Assembly: GCA_046563655.1 (NCBI GenBank)
Contig: CM102286.1
Location: forward strand, 3,720,001-3,784,000
From: Yuukianura sp. NJ FZ-2021
Taxonomy: Eukaryota
DNA length: 64,000 nt
Reading direction: 5' to 3'
The position numbers were made by a program, and so were the translations under genes. Below, in pieces: positions 39,049 through 51,176 of this stretch; the first letter of the stretch is position 1; every line of letters begins with the position of its first letter. The notes under the pieces are model-generated. The model made no database searches, was not told the DNA's origin, and saw only the letters and a program-made list of their open reading frames with translations.

Positions 39049-42000
39049 ATGGGTGGACTCCGGGCAGTATTCGGCAAATTTAGTCGCCGAAAAGTACTGG
39101 ATAACTCAGAGCAGTCAGAGTTGAAACGGGTTTTGTCAACATTGGACTTGACCTTGCTCGGAATTGGCAGCACCTTGGGAATTGGCATCTACGTTCTCGC
39201 TGGTTCCGTGGCAAAGAATGACGCTGGACCGGCCGTTGTCATTTCATTCCTCTTTGCAGCCGTTGCATCTGTACTTGCAGGTAAAGTAAACTAAAATCTA
39301 CTTGAAGTTCAAGTTAAGATAACAACTTAATTAACATCCTTGTTTAAATTACTTGTGGGCATTCCCTGAAATCATTTGCACCAAAATGAGCTTCTACGAA
39401 ACAATGCTGAGTACAGATTCTAAGCACCAGGAGCATGCAATGGTTCTATTTCGTTGGAGGCGTTCTAAAAATATTTCGTTAAGCGGTATTTTTTTCGATT
39501 AAATATTTTACTTATTTGAACAGGTCTCTGCTATGCTGAATTTGGATCTCGTGTGCCCAAGGCGGGTTCTGCTTATGTCTACAGTTACGTCTGTGTAGGC
39601 GAACTTATTGCATTTATCGTCGGCTGGAATCTCATTATGGAGTATGTCATAGGTCAGGTCACCTACTGGAATTTTGTCAAAATTTTACCAAATTTTCAAA
39701 AAAAAATGTGTTTTGAATAGGTGTAGCAAGTGTGGCCAAAGGCTATTCTGGATATGTGGATTCACTTTGTAACAATAGCATGCATGTTCTGTTCAAAGAG
39801 TATGCGCCCATCCATGTCGAATTTTTGTCATCATTTTTCGACTTTTTTGCATTTGCAATCACCCTCCTCGTGACATGTAAGTTTTACTTTTATTGCAGTA
39901 TAAACTTACTAAACTAAACTTTACGAAACTTTTTCGTTATTGTGTAGGTGTTTTGGCATTCGGAGTAAAAGAATCTTCGTTGTTCAACAACATTTTCACG
40001 GGTTTGAATTTGACCGTTGTAGCGTTTGTGGTCATTGCTGGAGGAATTTTTGGTAAAAATGTTATAAATTGTCGTGTAACCTTGATTTTCCAGTGAAATT
40101 TTTGAAATTTTAGCAAATCCTAAAAATTGGAGCATCGATCCTGCTTCAATCGATACAACCAATATGACGAATCCGCATATTGGAAATGGAGGGTTTGCAC
40201 CGTTTGGATTTACGGGAATTATGAAAGGAGCGGCGACTTGCTTCTACGGTTTTGTTGGTTTCGATGTCATTGCGACGACGGGGGAAGAAGCCAAGAATCC
40301 CCAAAAAGCCATTCCGCTCGCAATTATTTTTTCGCTTCTGTTCATTTTCTTGGCGTATTTTGGAATTTCGACAGTTTTGACCATGATGGTTCCATACTAC
40401 TTGCAGGTAAACCAAAATTCGACACTTTTTCAAGCATGCGCACTTGCATACTTGTCTAAATCATACACAAATTGAAATCGTATGTATTCCAGGATGCAGT
40501 GGCACCTTTACCTGAAGCATTTACGCTAGTCGAATTTCCCGCGGGAAAGTGGATCGTAACTGTTGGTGCTCTGTTTGGACTTTCGACGAGGTAAGCGGCC
40601 TGTTTTCCTTAATCATGAAAATGTTTTGGCTTAAACAGAACGCTGATGCGTGATTATATATTTTCAGTTTGCTGGGTGCAATGTTTCCAATGCCTCGGGT
40701 AAGCAGATTTTTGACATGTTGTTTTCATGTCAATTGAACCAGACGATTATTTATTGCAAACTTAATTGGACACTATACTTGTTAATGGATTTCGTAGGTC
40801 ATTTACGCCATGGCAAGCGATGGAGTTGTTTTCAGGTTTCTGGCTCATGTTCATCCTAAACTCAAAACGCCATTTACAGCAACTATCCTTGCTGGCACTT
40901 TTGGAGGTTCATTAAAACGATTACAATACAACCACGATTTTGAAACGTGTGTCTCGTAAACGATTTTGTCCAGGGTTCATGGCAGCCCTGTTTGATCTGG
41001 ATGCTTTGATTGACATGATGTCAATTGGAACGCTTACTGCTTACACTCTAGTAGCTGTTTGCGTCCTAGTACTAAGGTAGTTTCGAAAATTTTTACAACA
41101 CAACATCACTTTAGCAATTAACCATAACATAATTTTGAGTTTTCACTTTTTCGAAGTTTACTTTCTCTCCTTCGTATGTTTTTGGACTTTGGCATTTTTA
41201 ACTTGTGAAAGCCGATCCGGAACGCGCCGAAAGGAGGCGCCACTTGCCTAGTTAAACATAAGTGAGATGCATGTATGTAATGTGTTTTGTGTAGGTATCG
41301 GAGAGATGCCGACGGAGCTGATGATGCATTCGGAACAGATGAACGATATTTGACCAAATGGGGAATCGGACATTTCCTGTTACAAAGTTTTAATTACCCG
41401 AAAACACCAACTCCCTCGGAGTTATCCACAACTTTCTCGGGATATATCGTCTTCTTTTACTGTAAACTTCACAATTATTTCAAATATTATTTAAAATATT
41501 GAAAACTAGTCATCAAAAATAACCAACTTTTGAATTTTTAGGTATGGTAACAATTTGCTTCTGTGCCACTGCTGCGTTTGCTTCTGATAAAATCATGGGA
41601 GGAAATATTTGCTTCATCGCCCTCCTGGCAGTTTTAGCACTCCTGCTAATTCTTATTCTTTTGTCGCTAAATGCCCAGCCAGTGTCACTGGCTAAATTGC
41701 CATTCAAGGTCAGCAACACTCACCTTACTATTTATGCTCAACCTAGCACCGTTTCCCGACAATTTTGAGTCTAAATTGTTACAGGTTCCGCTTGTGCCCC
41801 TGATTCCTGGTCTAAGCATTCTTGCCAACATTTACCTAATTATGAATCTGACGGGTCCAACATGGATCAGATTCGGTGTTTGGATGCTGATTGGGTTTTT
41901 AATATACACGATTTGTCTTTTGAATGGAACCACCGACAAAGCATATGCTCTGCACCTACAAGATGCAAATGCCAACAGGGAAAGCAGCTTCAAACGAAAT

Positions 42001-42114
42001 ACATTCAAGAACATATTCAGTCAAGACCAAGGGACAGGAATACCCTTGGCAACATCGCCGCCGCGTTCTCAGAGTGATTATGGTACCACAGGTATGGGAA
42101 GTAGTATACAGTAA
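39049..42114 (+). CDS. Cationic amino acid transporter (SLC7A1-4/slimfast-like, APC family), multi-exon
   Basis: [121 protein letters not shown]. The start could lie in an upstream exon. Confidence 0.93.
41224..41252 (+). mobile_element. Helitron/Helentron-like 3' terminus inside an intron of the transporter gene
   Basis: GC-rich hairpin GCGCC-gaaagga-GGCGC followed 7 nt later by CTAG then T, in the gene's longer introns. 5' end not identified. Confidence 0.35.
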
Positions 42115-42425
42115 GTCCTCTACTTTATGAAGATTTTCTATCTCTGTCCACTCTATGTAGTAAATATTTAACTCTTATTTGTGTACCTGCTTGTTAGTAA
42201 TTTAATACGTAAATGTATCTTATACTTTTACTTGGATGTCATCTCTGAGGATTAAATTCAAATTCTCAAGAATACAACTTATGAACTGTTAACACTTAGA
42301 AAAATGTGTTGAAAAAAGTATCCTGAACTTACTGGACGAAAAGAAACTTTAAACTAATTTATAAGTAAAGTGTTTTAAAGGCGAAGATTTCACCAAAAAC
42401 TTCTTACCTTCCCAAAAATGAAAAA

Positions 42426-45400
42426 TCACTGAGCAAACATCATTCGTCTGTCCATCCTCGTCTCCAAAACGCGCGTTACAAAATCTTCACATTTTTCTCG
42501 TAGTGCCTGGAGAACAGGCTCGAGTTTCGGCTGTTCGACGAGATATTCGTTTATCTGATTGGCCAAATCTTCAATTGTGGTGTAGGGAATGATAGGCGTC
42601 TGGACGTATGGCGTTACAGTTTGGATTGTAGGATCATATCCCTTACCATCACGTCTTCCCAAACCGACATCCAAAACCTCAATGCTAAGTTCAGCAGCTT
42701 CTTCCCAATCTCCAAACAGCATGAAGCAAAGAATCAGTTGATTTACGTCTCGTTTCTAAAATATGATACAATTTGAGTTGGGTTAATTATCTTGCTTCTA
42801 ATGATTAATTAATTAAGTGAAGTTTAAGTAAGCAATTACCTTGTAAGAGTCCAGTAGCCACCTTGGGAGACTTATATAGTAGCGCAGTAGTACTGTCGTT
42901 GCTTCTTTGTGTAGCTTTGTCTCCTTGCCTTTTTCCAAGGTTGTTACATATTTTTTTAAGACAAGAAAGGCAATATCTGACGCAGAAAGATTTGCATTTG
43001 GTAAATCTAAAACAAAAAAAAAAGAACTCACAATGAGAAACAGACACACTAAGAAAAGAGTGTGAAAGAGGCTTTGAGATAAAAAGATAAAATCAAGTAT
43101 TTAACGATAATATTTTGCAAACTGAAATTACCAGAAGTATCGAGGTGTTTGACGCAATCAATGTCAGAGGGGTCCGGCGACGGATTACTCAGCAAGTTGG
43201 CACACGTTAGAGCAAGCGCACTGACAATAGGAAGGTATGAAATATTCCAAAGAGTCGCAAGCTTTACTGCTTGGTCGTAGTGATGCAGTTGAATCAATTG
43301 TTGAATGCAGACTTTGGCTTTCTCACGTTTAACTGTAATGCAATAAAACAAGAATTGAAACTGATTTGCTGAATGTTGACCAGAATTTTTCAGTGTTTTG
43401 GGATTTCGTACATTCGGATTGGATAGGCGCAACGTCCTTATCGTCGTTTAGCAGCAACAGGGAAATACAAAGCTCACATTCCTTGTACATTTTTTCATAT
43501 GATTTGGTGTTTTCTCGCAGCTCCTCTTCTTCTTCCGATAGAACCTTTAAAACAAAGTAACGTTTTGATCATGGAGTTAGCATTCAAGAATGATTTTGAA
43601 AATTATACTGTTACCGGTTCTTGAATTGACACTTTCATTAACGTCCTCAGCCAATCCTCGACCTCCACGCCATCACCAGACCCGCCTCCAAGTTTTTCTT
43701 TTGTATCTTCTTCTTCTGCTTTGATCAGCGTTATGCAGGTGAGTATATCCAGATAACAGTCTCTTTGGATTTCTAGCGCTGCTCGTCCTTTTCCTTTCAA
43801 TCCGACTTCAACAATGCGCTCCAACAGAACAGTGGCAGCTAAAAATCGAATCAGAATTTCATATATCCAAAATTCATAAAAGAAATTGAGCACTTAAGGT
43901 GATGTTGATTGGTCAAGAGAAGACATACCTCTTTGAAAACTATTTCGAGACAGATAGTAGAAGTAAACCATCTGATAAATACTGTTCTCTGCCAATGGAT
44001 CTGCCAGTTTGACTTGAGCCTGTAAAACTTTCTCAATTTCACTTCGTATATTACTGTCCATATAATCTTCAACTTTGAGTTCAACCAGGACGGCGACATC
44101 TTTCTTCTCCAAAACGCGAATCACAAAAGTCCGAAGTGAAGCCTCACGTTCTTTCCCGGGCAGCACTTGTCCATTTGCTCCAATAGACTCTTTTGGCATT
44201 CCGAGGATAAAATCAAAAGCACTTTCGTAGTCTCCCAGGGCCAATGCATTTTTGAAGCCAAGTACACTCATGATTCGAGTAGAACGGTCATCTCGACAAA
44301 TCAAGAGAGCTTTTTGTGTCAAACGCTGAACACCGTAAGGGAAACCAAACACTTGGAACAAACTAATCGTCTAAAAACAAAAAATAAAGCTTTACAGGTT
44401 TCAGTTTGCAGGCAATTCTAGTCACTTGAAATTAGAGTTAAATGTTGTTCAAGGTCATATTACCTTTTCATAGTAAGCATTAAAATGGTTTCCGTCATTC
44501 CCTTTCATTCCGAGCAGTTTGGACATGTACGGAACATTTTCCAATTGAACTGGAGAAATCGACGCGAAGCGATTCAGAGCTGTGAGAGGATCCCGAACAA
44601 ATAATTCTGTAACACCTTTGTAGAATGAACCTGTAATGAATTCGCATTAGACGGTCAGTCAATTAAGTTTATAAAATATTTTTCAAAACTCTGTTTCACA
44701 CAAATACTTACTCAAAACGGTGTTCTCGATGCTCGATTTACGAAGATACCTCAGATGCCCAGAATATGCAGCCAGTGCATTGTATTGTCCAGCCGAAATA
44801 AGAAATTCTTCGAAAGGGCGATCAATCGAATCCTCAGTAACCCATCTTTAAAAAAATAGCAGACTTTTAAAGAAAATTTATACAGATACTGATACGAAAC
44901 GAATTCACAACTTACAAACTCTTCCCAATTGCCGAAGCATAAGCCACAACGCCAACCGGATTCTTCAACAGATCTACTCGACTTCGAATTGCCAATCCAC
45001 CCGAGGAGGAATATGAGAAGAATTCCAGTAACTTGACAGGCCAAAAGTCAGGTATTTTTCCATGAATTAACTGATCCGTTGACCCACAGTTTAACAAAGC
45101 TGCAACTTTTCGACTGTTTTCACTGCATTTGAAATTAAAGCAAATGTTAAGAAGACGAAGTTACTTTACACAAAGGTGTGTACAGCTGAACAGCTAAGAG
45201 CTGATTATCTTACGTCCAGTTCTCCAAAACGAACTCGCCAGGTTTGTCACAAAGTGAAAGCAGACAGAATGCTCTGAATACAGTAGACTTGGCAATTTTC
45301 TGGTCATTGTATGAAACGGACATGTTCAGTACTTCCGGGTCCGGTTGAGAAACAAAACCATGTAAGATTGCTTGTAGTAGTAGGGTGTTCCTTGCGATGA

Positions 45401-48400
45401 TGTACCTTACAGCATTACAATAGAGTTGCACATTGTTGAAAAAGCTATCAATATTGGCATTACAACATTATCGGAACGTGGGAGACACACTTACCGCATA
45501 TTGAGTAATTGTTTGAGAATGTGATACGCAACGTTTGCTCCAAGTCGACTTGCCATGAAATATTGACTCACTCGCTTTGAGCCCCCTTGATCAGTGTCCA
45601 TTTCACTGTTTTGTGCCTCGTTATTTACAATATCCCACGATGACATCAGCCTAATCATGGACGTCATTGTCCTAGTGCCATCCGATCCCAAATGGTGTAG
45701 TTTAGCAGTCAGCATGGGCATGAAATGCTGCCGTTCCTGGAAACATGTAACAAAATATTGTTGAAATTGTTCAAAAGTTTTCAAATCAGGAAACGTACAA
45801 GAACTTCTGCTTGAGGGTCAGTGTCAATTAAAAGAGTCGCCAGTTCGCCCCAAATAGTCATTCCATTCTTCTTCTCCTGGAAGATACGATTCGCAATTCT
45901 GGAATTATGCTGCTGGTCCATGGTCGCTTCCAGCATCTCCAAAATTTCCAAATATTTTAAGAAATTTGCTGTGTGCTCAGTGTCCACAACTGTTAGAACG
46001 TTAGAAGTAAATAATAAAAGGGAGAAAAACAAACGAACTTAGAAGTGAATTGAACGCGAACTTACCCGGGTTCTTTGGAGAAATTAAATGCGGAAAGTAA
46101 AATGCTGTTTCCAGGAAATCGGTTGGACGCAGGAACGAGATACGTGACTTCTTGACGATACACAACAACTTTGTATTGTGCTCGTAGAAAATTCCAAATG
46201 GCTTCACCGTGTTCTGTTTCAAGAAACACAATCAGATGAAAGCATTGCGAATTTTACGAACGACTTTGCATGCATTTGTGTATAAGGAACATACAACATG
46301 ATACTCGACGCAACTGGTATAAAATTCTCCCCAATACTTCAGACTCAACTCCCGAAATTCGTCATCAGCTACAGGTTCATCAGATTCGGACGTGACTGCA
46401 CGGATTTCGCTGTCAATCACTCTCATGGCAAAGAGTTTGGTCAATTCCCAGTCATTCTCTGGTTTTGGAAAGCTCATCGAGTTTTTAAACATCTGTAGGA
46501 TTTCACAATTTCAGTATATAAACACATTTGAAGAAGTAAATAAAAGTGAAGTAGAAAAGTCTTACGCTAAGTGCGCTGTAAATTGTCGAAACGCTGAATG
46601 ACCACTTATTGAAGATGAGATTCATGTAAAATTCTTTGGGCTCTGCTTCCACTGCTTCCGAAAACACATCAGATTGTGGTGTAGGTTCCAGAAGAGCTAA
46701 ATTGAAGCGAGGCATCAGCTGCATACTTAAGTCATACGACTTAACCTCCCAGTCTGTCTCTTCGTCCGGATTGTTGACCAGTGAAAACAGGAATTTGGAT
46801 GTGACGCAATAATCAATCAATGATTTCTCCTGTAAAAACATATTATTGCACCGAAATGAAAACAATGAACTCATCAGAAATAACGTTGCTTACTCTGAAA
46901 CCGATGTGATGAAGTTGATTCAAAACGAGTTTCGGTGTACTTGGTCCTCTCGAATCTCTGAGACATTGGAAGACTTTGAACCCGTCACCGGGTAGAAACA
47001 CTGTGAAACTTGGGTAATCCTTTATGTGCTGTCGAAAACTTCTAAGTTGAATTGAAGAATCTAAAGCCAACACAATTAATTCAAGATTCAAGATGCTGAA
47101 AAATGTTTAGTTGCAATGTGGTTTACCCGTAAATCCAGCAACACCGAAACGATTATCCACCATAACATCTTGTACAATCGTCCAGGAATCAATCGTATGC
47201 AGATTTCCACACATGTACAATCGTAGATGACCATTCATGGACAACGTCGTAAGAAATAAATCCGTTCTCTCATGGACCACCTTTGCAGAGAAAAAGTAAA
47301 GCCCCAATACTGCTTCAACCGACGTTGCGTTGTTAGCAGGCCTGTACATAAAAATGCCTGGAATTACTTCCTTTCAATGTCGTAGTAAGTAACGAGTATA
47401 ATGCTGGTCACCTGAGTATAGATGGTGTGTAGGATAGAATTTTTGCGAAAATGTTTGATTGGCGCAGGTCATAGCAAATGATGCTGTCATCCTTGGTAAC
47501 TTTACAAATCGTAACCCCGCCGTTTTCGTAAGACATAGCAAACATACACCCACCATCATGTGGTAGTAAGCAAGACGTTGCTGTCGTGGGCACTGGAATA
47601 TCTGAGTATCAAAAATACTTGTTACGAAACTTCATCTGACTTAGTATCATCGTACTAACATCGAATAAGTTGATTAGACACTTCTGTTGAAAATTTGATT
47701 CTCAACAAATGTACTTACTAATAGTATGCTCAAATAATGAAAAACTGCCAAACTTCATGAGCGGTCGTTGCGTCGCTTGTGCAAATATTGATGGCAGCTG
47801 GTTTCCAGTTGCGGATTTCCCAGTCTGTTGAAGAAAATTATACAATTTCAGTGAACACGGACACGATAGATGGAGGCAATGAAATGGAATGGATGGAAAC
47901 GGTATGAAATTACTATAACATACCTCTATTTTCGTTGGGTGAACAAACACAAAGCGATTCACTGATGTTACAGTCGAAACAAGCATCACAAGTGTACTCT
48001 CGGTTTCCACAACCGTGACCGACCCAACAATTGGAGAATCAGGAAAACGAATTCGAAGCTAGAACAAAAGAAAGATTTGTTAATACATAATATAATCAAA
48101 CAAATATTAATCACCACTGTATAACTAACTTGGTTGTCTTCCAGATTATAATCCATGGACGTTTCAGTTAACTCCAGCACGTCATTCAGTACTCTCCAAA
48201 ACACGAATCGGTTCTCAACGACATGTCTCACATGTTTCTTCGAATTCTTATAAGAGAATCCACCAGCGGTGTCAGAATACTTCGTGCCCTGAAACGTCCC
48301 ATGTCCTCCACCTAATGTCAGAGAATACATAAATCGGCATGAGGATTTCGACATTCATTAATCGTATCGAACACAACTTCTTACCTAGATTCATTTCTAC

Positions 48401-48466
48401 TTCCGTCCATTTTCCAGCAAATGGTTGATCAACAATCACCTCTCGAAACCCATACTCATACGCCAT
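42426..48466 (-). CDS. Nup160: Nuclear pore complex protein Nup160, multi-exon
   Basis: MAYEYGFREV, DTAGGFSY, NRFVFWR..VLELTETSMDYNLEDN, LVSTVTSVNRFVFVHP, YWGEFYTSCVEYH, FKNALALGDYESAF, SLRTFVIRVLE and C-terminal IPYTTIEDL match the metazoan Nup160 layout. Confidence 0.85.
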
Positions 48467-48854
48467 TTTCTTTGACCCAAACCTATCGTTTCCAATTTTG
48501 CAACTCAAGGTAACCCCAACACCCAATCAATTAAGAAAGTCAATTACAAAAAATCAATTTTGAATTCGATTGAACAAATGAAATTTCGATTTTGAAAATC
48601 AACAAAACAACAAAACTCGAAAACAATCAACCGGTTTCATTTGGCGCCTTTTATTTAGACGTGTGTGACGAAAGGTATACCAGACATCGGCAGTTTTTCT
48701 GGCGATCAACCCAAAAGACAATAGTATTAATAACGCCATGCAACAATTACCTTAATTCGTTTAATTTTTATTGGTAAAGTTAATTAAATTAACATGGACA
48801 TAAACTAGTTGGTGATAAATAAATTGACTGAATGCGTTTGTGGGTGAATGCATT

Positions 48855-49365
48855 TCAAGTGGACTTTCTAGAACGACCGGAGGAACGCTTTTGGGAATAC
48901 GTATTTGGCGTTGTTGAAGCTTTATCGTAGTAGTAGTTAACATTGTTAGGGTCAAATCCGAGGTCAGCTACATTTGCAGCGATATCTTCTCTATTGCCGA
49001 ATGCTGTGGATCCAAAACCACCTCCACCGCCTCCAGGACCTTGATCCACCCAAACGTATATCCAAATGAAAATGCCCGCCCAAATCATCCCAGCAACTAC
49101 GCCACCAATTAACTGAAGAACGGGAATTCCAAAGGCGAAAGTCGTATTGGCACAATCAATACCACCGCATCCCTAAGTTTTTCAAATACATTTTAAAAAT
49201 ATAACTTTGCAAGATTTGATTTTTTTAAATATGAATTACCGGACACGCTTTTCCGGTTGCAACTTGGGTCGAATCGGAGGAATTATTTGAATCTTCACTT
49301 CTGACAAAATTGTTTGTCCAAATTATTAACAATTGAAGACAGAGTAGAAATAATCTGTTGTCCAT
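48855..49365 (-). CDS. Small signal-peptide plus single-TM protein with Gly-rich tail (cluster gene A)
   Basis: MDNRLFLLCLQLLIIWTNNFVRS..ATGKACP|GCGGIDCANTTFAFGIPVLQLIGGVVAGMIWAGIFIWIYVWVDQGPGGGGGGFG; phase-0 GT-AG intron. Confidence 0.65.
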
Positions 49366-49804
49366 GTTTTCTTTTAACAATTTTTAGAAAAAATTTGAAA
49401 CTTTTGTGATACAAATACTCAAGCGACTCATCGAAGCCGCTCCAAGTTGTATCAACACTTGTCTGAGACCTCGTAAACTAAAAATGGTGGAGAAAGTAGG
49501 TTTATGATTTTACGTACTCCACAAAATTATTGAAATTTAGTTAATTACAAAAGTGAGGTGTAATAAAATTAAAACACAATTGACCGCAATACAATTGCAA
49601 ATTTAGCCTGTTTTAGATACCACAGAAAACTTGCATTTCAAAGTTCTCAGAACGCAAAAACTTTCACATTGGGTTCTCAAAAATTTCCATTTTTGTTCAT
49701 TCATTTTTCTTCGGTGTTACTTTTTCCTTATTGATGTTTATTCCGTTAAATATTTTATTTGTTCAAAAAATTGGAACTAAAGTTATAGCTTAGATATTTT
49801 AGCA

Positions 49805-50134
49805 TTAAATATTTCTAGAAATTTTTCGGTTCAAGTTCTGGAAGCGTTCAATTCCTTGAAAAATTGGCTGATATCTCACCGGATGTTGTTTTTCAAACTC
49901 ATCATCGCTTCTTCGGAACGGTTCTTCTCCAAATATCGCTTTGTACATCAAAACAAACATTCCCGCCCAAAATATTCCGCCAATCAGTGCTGCTAGACAC
50001 ATCACGGCCTGAATCATATATATCTCCAATGAACCAAAACGAAACAGACTTGAAATGAAGGCCACTGGATCCCTAATGTCACCCACGAACAAATTCGAAA
50101 ATGCGTCCAGTGCAGCGCGTTGCTTAGATTTCAA
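49805..50134 (-). CDS. Small single-TM protein (cluster gene B), 5' end unresolved
   Basis: TM QAVMCLAALIGGIFWAGMFVLMY resembles gene A (GMIWAGIF); followed by RRSDD..IFQGIERF. No clean upstream exon found. Confidence 0.5.
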   Translation of the reverse strand: MKSKQRAALDAFSNLFVGDIRDPVAFISSLFRFGSLEIYMIQAVMCLAALIGGIFWAGMFVLMYKAIFGEEPFRRSDDEFEKQHPVRYQPIFQGIERFQNLNRKISRNI

Positions 50135-51176
50135 ATAAATTCCTCAAAATTAGTACAATTCAACTTCAATTTGATTGTGAGGTGTTAAACTGTAAGCTAC
50201 ACGTTAGAACATACCTGAATAGCTTCGGACATTATTCTATATATATTCGGTATTATTCTGTATTCGGATATACTTTGGACTACCTTATGATTACAATATT
50301 GTAATTCGAATTAATGGAATTCACTACACTGAAATTATAAAAGCTCAACACAAAAAACTCCAACAAATTTTACACGCAGAATGAAAATGTTCAGCTATAT
50401 TGCTTTCCCACAGCAGCGGTTACAACAAAATGAGATCCGGAGTAATAAATTAACATTCGTTGTAACATGTAAATGGAATTTTCATTTTATGAAAATGAGC
50501 AATTTTAAATTCTAAGTGAACCTTAAAAATGTGTGAAAACTTAGCATGTTCTAAGAAAAAGTTAATTTAGAAAAAAAAGTCAAGTTTGTTCATTTGTGAA
50601 AATGGAAACAGGATTTCATTTTGCAGAAATTAGAGCATGGTACATCGTAGACTAAAATTCACTAATTGACAAACTAAATAGTTAAACTTTAAAAATTAAA
50701 ATAAATAGAACTTCAAATTTTTTGGAACAGTTTATTGACACAAGGGGCTGCAAAAGGCTTTTTGTATTTTGATATTTCAGTATGCGTGTTAGTGGTGGCT
50801 ATTGATTTAGTCTTAGTCTCTAAGGGACCCACCCTTAGCAAGACAAGTGCTTTCTCTTCCGCCAAGTGACCCCAATGAGTCCGATTGCTTTTCCATTGAT
50901 TTTTTCTGCTGTCGGAGCCATCCGCCCCACTTTCGGTGAATAATGCTCCAATGACAGGTCTCTTTCACCATCTCCGTCTAAAACCTAACCTAACCAAAAG
51001 GAAGAGGCCGTAGTACAAATTAATTTAGTTCCAGTCAGAGAAAGCATGGCGTTAGACCTATGCAGTCATCATCGAAAATCTAATTCTTCAATTTAACACA
51101 ATTTTTTAACTTAACTTTTAGCAACTTTTAGAGTTTTAGGATGTGAAATCGGTAACATAAAATCTTGGAGAAGAAA

